A stretch of 35,787 nt of DNA, from assembly GCA_946646575.1 (NCBI GenBank), contig CAMPCR010000004.1:1-35787 (forward strand), written 5' to 3'. Below, piece after piece: positions 29,576-35,787 of this stretch; positions within the stretch are counted from its first letter, which is position 1; the number at the start of each line of letters is the position of its first letter. Origin of the DNA: an uncultured Verrucomicrobiota bacterium. Its GTDB lineage: Bacteria; Verrucomicrobiota; Verrucomicrobiia; Opitutales; UBA9783. The notes under the pieces were generated by a model. That model did not search any database and had not been told where the DNA came from. It saw nothing but the letters and a program-made list of their open reading frames with translations. The position numbers were made by a program, and so were the translations under genes.

Positions 29576-31195
29576 ATGAATACCATACATAAACTGCTTA
29601 AAATAACCGGTTCGATCGGCTTGTCGTATGTCTGTCTGACAGCGGAAGCGGAGCCGAAAACCATGACGTTGGAAGAAATTAAGGCGTTTTTGGAACAAAA
29701 ACGGAAAGAAACCAACGAAAAACTTGAAGGTGTCAGAAAAAAGATAAAAGAGAAGAACCTGTCGGGATATTTTTTTTCTGATTACAATGAGCTTGATGAC
29801 GAATTTTCAAAAGTATGCGGAGAGGGCGGTGTTCTGAAAGTTTTATATAACTTCGACGGTACTCCGTGCGAGATTGAAACCGTAGGTCGCATCGATTTCG
29901 ATTTGTACAACGCGATTGATCCGACGGATTTGCGTCTCAAATACATGCAAAAACAGTGTGTTGCTCTCCCATCGGATTTGGAGAAAATTTCCAAAGGCCT
30001 TACGGCGGAAGCATTGAAAAAATGCGTTGGAACAGACAACGAAAGCAATTTGTTGGAAGATTCCTCGATACGTGAGATTACCTTCGATTCGATTTTATCG
30101 AGTGATTTTTTTGACGAAGAACTCCGTTACAAGGGCAATCAATTACTTTCCGATCCGAAAAGCCTTGAAGAAGCCATCGATGCATATGCGGAGAAAGTTA
30201 CGATTTTGCGGCGTCTTCCCGTTCAACACGTGAGTTACAAGGTTCCCGAACAGCCTCTTGGTTTTTCACGGGATTCAAACTCCGGAAAATCGATCATGAA
30301 GGAAAAAGGTTGGGGCTTAACGTGGGGAACAATCGACCGTTTTATCTTTCGATTATCGGGTAAGTCGTTGGAGGAAAAGCGAAGCCTTCTTAAGGAGACT
30401 TTAAAGGGCATGGTGAAGTTCAAAAACGGTAAAGAGAAGGTTATTTTGTTGTTACTGTTGGATGAAATGAAACCGTCCGAATACCGCTTGGAATGGGTTG
30501 ACGGACGCTGGGCTCAATATCTCCATAATGTCAACAGAATTGAGTTGAATTTTTCTGACGAGCGCGACCGCAGGTTTTTATCACACGAAATCGGACATTA
30601 TTTGCAGTTTCATCTCAGGTTACACCAAACGTTCAGGGATTACCAAAATGCTTTTGCCAAAAAACTGTTGCTGTTGGAAGCCCCGTTTGAAAATGACGAT
30701 AAAGCGTTTTCCGTTTCGGAAACGTTACGAAATTTATTTAAGAAGTTCGAAAAATCGGACGGCGATGTGCCGATAACTTTAACCAAAAATGATTTGTTCA
30801 TGTATTGGCAGTTGGCGTCACGCTGGAACGAATCCGCTGAAATTTCGAATATATTGGGTGTTTATTTCAATCAAAATACGATTTATGTGTGTGCCTTGTC
30901 GGATATTTGCGAACAAAAATGTGTTCGCTATGGGCATGCTTACTGCGGCGGTGTCTACAGTGAATATAGGGAAAAACAGAAAGAAGGATACGGTTCTAGC
31001 GATAGGAATGATTTTGAAAAAATCATTCAAAAAGCCGCTAAATCCAAGCCTGATGCTGAAGTTCTGAAATTTTTATGTAAGTTGCATGGAGTTTCTTTTA
31101 ATGGAATTGTAAATTTGTTTGATGCAGAAAACGAGAAAGAAGCCAACAACCTCGGAACCTTGTATAATAATTTCCGACCTTCGGAAGAACAATAG
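29576..31195 (+). CDS. secreted hypothetical protein with HEXXH zinc-peptidase motif
   Basis: Signal peptide ending AEA, HEIGH motif and downstream WNESAEISNILG. The TTG at 29537 in the ORF track is part of a TTGACA -35-like box, so ATG 29576 is taken as the start. Confidence 0.75.
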   Translation: MNTIHKLLKITGSIGLSYVCLTAEAEPKTMTLEEIKAFLEQKRKETNEKLEGVRKKIKEKNLSGYFFSDYNELDDEFSKVCGEGGVLKVLYNFDGTPCEIETVGRIDFDLYNAIDPTDLRLKYMQKQCVALPSDLEKISKGLTAEALKKCVGTDNESNLLEDSSIREITFDSILSSDFFDEELRYKGNQLLSDPKSLEEAIDAYAEKVTILRRLPVQHVSYKVPEQPLGFSRDSNSGKSIMKEKGWGLTWGTIDRFIFRLSGKSLEEKRSLLKETLKGMVKFKNGKEKVILLLLLDEMKPSEYRLEWVDGRWAQYLHNVNRIELNFSDERDRRFLSHEIGHYLQFHLRLHQTFRDYQNAFAKKLLLLEAPFENDDKAFSVSETLRNLFKKFEKSDGDVPITLTKNDLFMYWQLASRWNESAEISNILGVYFNQNTIYVCALSDICEQKCVRYGHAYCGGVYSEYREKQKEGYGSSDRNDFEKIIQKAAKSKPDAEVLKFLCKLHGVSFNGIVNLFDAENEKEANNLGTLYNNFRPSEEQ

Positions 31196-31880
31196 TATGC
31201 ACGGATATAAAATAAAGCAAAGGACTGAGCCCGCTTTTTGTTTTTTTCTTCGGAATAAGAAAACCGAGACGAATACTCTTCCGACACCCCTTCGCTTTGA
31301 TGTTGTAAGATTGCATGGATATATTCATCCTGAGTATCTTCGGCGCACTCAAACAAAACAGCCTGCGGGTTATATTGTAAGCCTTAAAATAAGTCCTGAA
31401 ACACACCTTTTAAGCCTGTTAGGTCTTTCAAACGCATCAAAAACTGCTTGTGCGTTTCGACGGGACACGCGAACAATCCACAGCGCCGACGATTATTTCC
31501 GACTCGCCCCGACGAAGCGGGGTGTGGCGGACGTCCGATGAAAAATTATGCCTCGTGCATAATAGGTGGGTTAACATGGCAAGACGCTTATTGTCCCGTC
31601 GTGCGGGCTTAACAAGAACACCTTGCTCCCGAAATCCCTTCATCTTCGTTTGTTAGGATAATTTTATGATCGATAAGATCCGTCCGCTTCACACCCAATT
31701 TGATTATACACAAAGGCTGTTCGTTACGGCAACTCAAAAGCACTGTTCAAACAACGCCATTCCTGTCCGAAGCGATCATCCTTCCTAAAAAAAGCCTGCT
31801 TTGCCGAAAAAAAACGACGAAGGGAAAAACAAGCCGACCTGTTATCGTCCGAGTTTTTGGTTTAATGAGACGAAACATCT

Positions 31881-31924
31881 AAAAAAAAGAAAAACGCCGA
31901 AGCACCCTCTAAATGCTTCGACGC
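31881..31924 (-). terminator. intrinsic terminator downstream of the FKBP gene
   Basis: Minus strand GCGTCGAAGCA-loop-TGCTTCGGCGT followed by TTTTCTTTTTTTT. Confidence 0.8.
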
Positions 31925-32020
31925 CTTTACTTCTTTAAAATAACTTGTGCTATTTTTATATAGGATCGAAAGGTTTCGTTTATCGCCACTCTCTTACCAG
32001 GGGCAGACTCCAACCGATAT

Positions 32021-32878
32021 CTACTTTGCAGAAGCAGCAGGATTATTGGAAGCTCCTTTATCCGTCGGCGCAGGCTTTGAAGCCTCTTTGTCCGCACCTG
32101 CCGACTTCATCGGCTTCACGACCTTTACGACTTCCACGTCAAACACCAACGTCGAACCTGCCGGAATTCCGGGAATATCATATTCGCCGTACCCCAAATT
32201 GTCGGGAATGTACAACGTCGCTTTCCCGCCTTCACTCAACAATTGCAATCCTTCCTTAATGCCGGGAATGACGCCGTTAAGCGGGAACGTTACCGTCTTC
32301 TCCTTTGATTCATCAAAAACCTTTCCGTCAATCAGACTTCCTTTGTAATAAATTTCGACCGAATCTTCCTCGTTCGCCTTCGCGCCGCTACCCGCTTTTG
32401 TAATTTCATAAACCAATCCAGAAGCCGACTTCTTTAAATTCTTGTTCGCTTCCATGGTTTTTTTGATGAACTCCTCGCCCTTTTTGCGATTTTCCGCCGC
32501 AATCACTTTTACCTCCGCCATTCGCTTTTTCTCGCTTTCCGCCGAACGATCTTTCAAAAATTTCTGCATCGGCTCCATGATATCGCCCAGTTTCGTCGGC
32601 GCCTCTTTCCCTTCCAACGCCAAACGCGCGCCCTCCATGTAGACCGACTGTTCATCGGCACTCAAATCGAGACTCCGAATGCCGCTTTGCATGGTATTCA
32701 TCCAACCCAAAACCTTAAAATATACCTTACTATCGGCAACGGTTTCTTTCTTCGACGCCGTTTCCTTGGCGACAGAAGCTGTGCTATCTGACGTTTGCTT
32801 CTCCGCCGGTGCTCCGAAAAGCGACGTCGCAAAACAGCCGATACCGTAAAAAACAGAAAACTTCTTAAGAACTTCCAT
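32021..32878 (-). CDS. fkpA: FKBP-type peptidyl-prolyl isomerase, FkpA/Mip-like
   Basis: Signal peptide, helical N-terminal domain and SGLVYE...YKGSLIDGKVFDES...VIPG..EGLQLL...LGYG...IPAGSTLVFDVE. Confidence 0.9.
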   Translation of the reverse strand: MEVLKKFSVFYGIGCFATSLFGAPAEKQTSDSTASVAKETASKKETVADSKVYFKVLGWMNTMQSGIRSLDLSADEQSVYMEGARLALEGKEAPTKLGDIMEPMQKFLKDRSAESEKKRMAEVKVIAAENRKKGEEFIKKTMEANKNLKKSASGLVYEITKAGSGAKANEEDSVEIYYKGSLIDGKVFDESKEKTVTFPLNGVIPGIKEGLQLLSEGGKATLYIPDNLGYGEYDIPGIPAGSTLVFDVEVVKVVKPMKSAGADKEASKPAPTDKGASNNPAASAK

Positions 32879-32933
32879 GCTTACACCTTTGTCTTCAGGG
32901 AAAAACTGTCTGAAAATCCTGTCAAGGCTTTTT

Positions 32934-34196
32934 TTATAATTGAATTACTTCTTCCAAAAGCCAACTCTTCAACACCGACGGCACGCGAATGCGACCGTCG
33001 CCGAGATGATTGTTTTCCAAAAGCGCCGCCAGAACGCGCGGAACCGCCAGCCCCGAGCCGTTAAGCGTGTGAACAAATTTCAAAGTTCCTTCGGCGGTTC
33101 GATAACGAATGTTGGCGCGACGTGCCTGAAAATCCGTGAAACAACTGCAACTGGACACCTCCAGCCAGCGTTGCTGCCCTGCCGCCCATACCTCCAAATC
33201 GTATTGTTTGGCGTGCGGGAAACCCAGGTCGCCGGTGCAAATTTCCAAAACGCGATAGGGCAATTCCAGCGCCTGCAACAAACCCTCCGCGTCCTTGCGC
33301 AACGCTTCCAGAGCTTCGAAACTTTTCTCCGGCCGCACCCATTGCACCAACTCGACCTTATCAAACTGATGCAGGCGATTGAGACCGCGGACATCCTTGC
33401 CCCAACTGCCGGCTTCGCGTCGAAAACACGCCGAGTAAGCGCAGTATTTTTTCGGCAAATCGCGTTCTTCGAAAATTTCGTCGCGGAAGAAATTCGTCAC
33501 CGGCACCTCCGCCGTCGGGATGCAATAAAAACCGTCGCCGGTGCCGTACATCTGACCCTCTTTGTCCGGCAACTGCCCTGTCGCCGTCGCGCTCGCCGCA
33601 TTGACCAACAGCGGCGGCAACAGCTCCGTATAGCCGTTTTCGCGTGCCGATTGGAGGAAAAACGCAATCAGTGCACGCACCAAACGTGCCACGGAACCGA
33701 CATAAAACGGAAAACCGGCGCCTGTTACCTTGTTCCCGCGCGCAAAATCCAATCCGTGCTCGAAATTCGGCAGTTCGTAATGCGGGCAGGCGTGCGAAAA
33801 ATCCTCGTTTTGCGGATGCCGTTGATAAAGCTCTTTATTTCCCTGCGACGTTTTTCCGATCGGCACCGACGCATCGGGGATGTTCGGAACCGTCAGCCAC
33901 AACGCCTGAAATTCCGCCTCTGCCGCCTTAAAGGAAGCTTCCAGGCGTTTGGTTTCGTCCGAAAGAACTTTCAAATTCCGAACGGTTTCTTTAAACGCCT
34001 CCGACGTTTTATCCAAAGATGCGAGCGCTTTGCTTTCGGCTTGTTGTCGCGCCCGCGCCGCCTCAAACGCTTTCAGTGCTTCCAGACGTTTGGCGTCCGA
34101 AGCCCGAACGGCATCGCAATCACACGCAAAGTGCTTGGTTGCCAATTTTGCTTTTACTTCGTCAAAGTGTTCCCGAAAAAAATGAATATCCAACAT
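32934..34196 (-). CDS. serS: seryl-tRNA synthetase
   Basis: PTAEVP, FRREAG, GLNRLHQFDKVE, EVSSCS and HTLNGSGLAVPR motifs. Confidence 0.98.
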   Translation of the reverse strand: MLDIHFFREHFDEVKAKLATKHFACDCDAVRASDAKRLEALKAFEAARARQQAESKALASLDKTSEAFKETVRNLKVLSDETKRLEASFKAAEAEFQALWLTVPNIPDASVPIGKTSQGNKELYQRHPQNEDFSHACPHYELPNFEHGLDFARGNKVTGAGFPFYVGSVARLVRALIAFFLQSARENGYTELLPPLLVNAASATATGQLPDKEGQMYGTGDGFYCIPTAEVPVTNFFRDEIFEERDLPKKYCAYSACFRREAGSWGKDVRGLNRLHQFDKVELVQWVRPEKSFEALEALRKDAEGLLQALELPYRVLEICTGDLGFPHAKQYDLEVWAAGQQRWLEVSSCSCFTDFQARRANIRYRTAEGTLKFVHTLNGSGLAVPRVLAALLENNHLGDGRIRVPSVLKSWLLEEVIQL

Positions 34197-34328
34197 AAGA
34201 CAGACGTAAAAATCGGAATAAACGCGAAAGTTCCCTCTTTAATCGGCGGCCTTGGAACGATAATAAAGATTTACCGTTAATCGAAAAAACACCCGCATTT
34301 ACCCATTATCATCCTTAAAAACCGACTC

Positions 34329-34413
34329 TGGTGCTCAAGACGGGACTCGAACCCGTAAGCCTTGCGGCACATGCACCTCAAACATGCGTGTCTACCAATT
34401 CCACCACCTGAGC
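34329..34413 (-). tRNA. tRNA-Leu(GAG)
   Basis: 85 nt running GCTCAGG...CTTGAGC-A-CCA, with anticodon loop TT-GAG-GT and a long variable arm. Confidence 0.96.
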
Positions 34414-34539
34414 ACTCATCCGGAATCTATCATAGGATGTGTGTTTTATGCAATTCAAAAATTGTATTTTTTCCCAAAATACCCATGCGACCGTAAATCA
34501 ACGCTGATGGGACTCGAACATCGAGAACTGCCCGCACAA

Positions 34540-35481
34540 TCACTTTCCGGACTTCACTGTAACATTTTTGTACAAGCATACGCCGTTCTTAGGATGGAAA
34601 TGCGAAAACTTCCCGTTGTCATACTCGAAGAGTTCGATTTTTTCGAGCACATTACTTTCTATATTGATCGTAAATTGGAGCGTGAGATTATAGTAGAAGG
34701 TTGCTCGTTGGGCATCGATGGGGCTAAAATCTCTAAAGTATGATTTCACGATCACCGTTGGATTAAGTTTCTTTCCACTGTCGGTTGTGAGAAAAATTTC
34801 ATGATGGATATCGATGCCTCTCTGTAAGCGTTCTCCGTTTGCTTTTACATCTTCCATAACTGAATCGAAACCGTCCGCAAACTTATCGACGACAGCATTG
34901 CCAAGAATTTTACGCAAAAAACGCTCACTCGATATGACGTACATACACGTTGTTAAATTTTCTCGTGTCTTTGCATTCATATTCAGTTCGCCTGTTGTCT
35001 CACAGCACGCCTGTATGTGTCTGGAAAAGACGTTAATGGCGAACGGGTGCTGTGCAATAAGGGATCGAATGTTGCTCGATCCGTTTTTGAGCAAAAACAT
35101 TTTAAACTTGTAACCTGGAAGACCCTCGTTCTCGCGGTTCGCAAGTTTCTGTTTTTGTTCGTCCATAAGCCTATATATTTTTTTCAATCTTTCGCTACTC
35201 AACAGGCACCACTTATCGTACTTCCGCTCCCATTCACGACGTTCCCGTTCCTGTAACGACACACACTGCATCAACGGGGCACCCGAAGTTACAAATTTAT
35301 CCCGCAATCCTCCATAAATTGCGCTGTAATCAAGATGAAGCCCCGTAGTGGGATGAAGCCATGTGTCAAGAATGTCGGCAACCGGATAAAACTCTGAATG
35401 AAGTTGAAAAGGGAAACATCCGACGGATGCACATGCTACATGAAACATTGTTTTTAGAAGACTATTTTTCAGCTTTCCCAT
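34540..35481 (-). CDS. hypothetical, probably secreted protein
   Basis: Long ORF between two tRNAs. The likely start is ATG 35481 (MGKLKNSLLKTMFHVACASVGC.., signal-like). No family recognised. Confidence 0.65.
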   Translation of the reverse strand: MGKLKNSLLKTMFHVACASVGCFPFQLHSEFYPVADILDTWLHPTTGLHLDYSAIYGGLRDKFVTSGAPLMQCVSLQERERREWERKYDKWCLLSSERLKKIYRLMDEQKQKLANRENEGLPGYKFKMFLLKNGSSNIRSLIAQHPFAINVFSRHIQACCETTGELNMNAKTRENLTTCMYVISSERFLRKILGNAVVDKFADGFDSVMEDVKANGERLQRGIDIHHEIFLTTDSGKKLNPTVIVKSYFRDFSPIDAQRATFYYNLTLQFTINIESNVLEKIELFEYDNGKFSHFHPKNGVCLYKNVTVKSGK

Positions 35482-35737
35482 ACGCATCCAGTGAAAAGCT
35501 AAAATATTTTCGTATGCAAGTCTTTTTTTCACAATATAGACACTCATATTTCTTGGAACGGGCGAAATATGAAACATTTTCCTTTTGTATCTCCTTTTGT
35601 ATCCGCTCCCCTGTCGCGCGTCGGCGAAGAAAGATAAAATCCGAAAGAGTAAGCAGGTTTATTTAGACCGAACAACAACGCTGCTTTTAAACTTTTCGAC
35701 GGAACGGCAAACCTTCATAATCGCAACCATCCCCCCC

Positions 35738-35787
35738 TGGAGCCGGCTGTCAGACTTGAACTGACGACCGTCCGCTTACAAGGCGGG
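35738..35787 (-). tRNA. tRNA-Thr(TGT), 5' part outside window
   Basis: Minus strand CCCGC-CTTGTAA-GCGGA...GTTCAAGTC...GCCGGCT-CCA. Confidence 0.9.

Noticed and set aside
32940-34280. 446-aa plus-strand ORF
   Set aside because: Antisense shadow of serS with no recognisable motifs.

Overview
This is a bacterial chromosomal window, most likely from a host-associated Verrucomicrobiota (Opitutales-like) organism. That assignment is inferred from the style of AtpE, the short AtpH, a signal-peptide-bearing AtpB and a conserved hypothetical protein at 22618-23094. The core part holds a complete H+-type F1Fo ATPase operon (atpBEFHAGDC), dnaA with upstream DnaA boxes but no adjacent dnaN, serS, bamD-exbB-exbD, plsC, a dCMP deaminase, an NtrC-type regulator, an FkpA/Mip-type PPIase and three tRNAs (Val-GAC, Leu-GAG, partial Thr-TGT). 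Signs of an intracellular lifestyle are an Npt1/Tlc ATP/ADP translocase just downstream of the ATPase operon, a GlpT/UhpC sugar-phosphate antiporter and a 5'-truncated truB remnant. Accessory content includes a compositionally distinct cluster (about 2.1-5.8 kb) of secreted orphan proteins, in which two neighbours are hidden paralogs and several ORFs are disrupted. It also includes a secreted HEXXH metalloprotease resembling NleD/M91 and a secreted orphan between two tRNAs. Several promoters place the start codon at or near the transcription start, and there are a few candidate structured RNAs. No CRISPR array, rRNA or transposase was seen.
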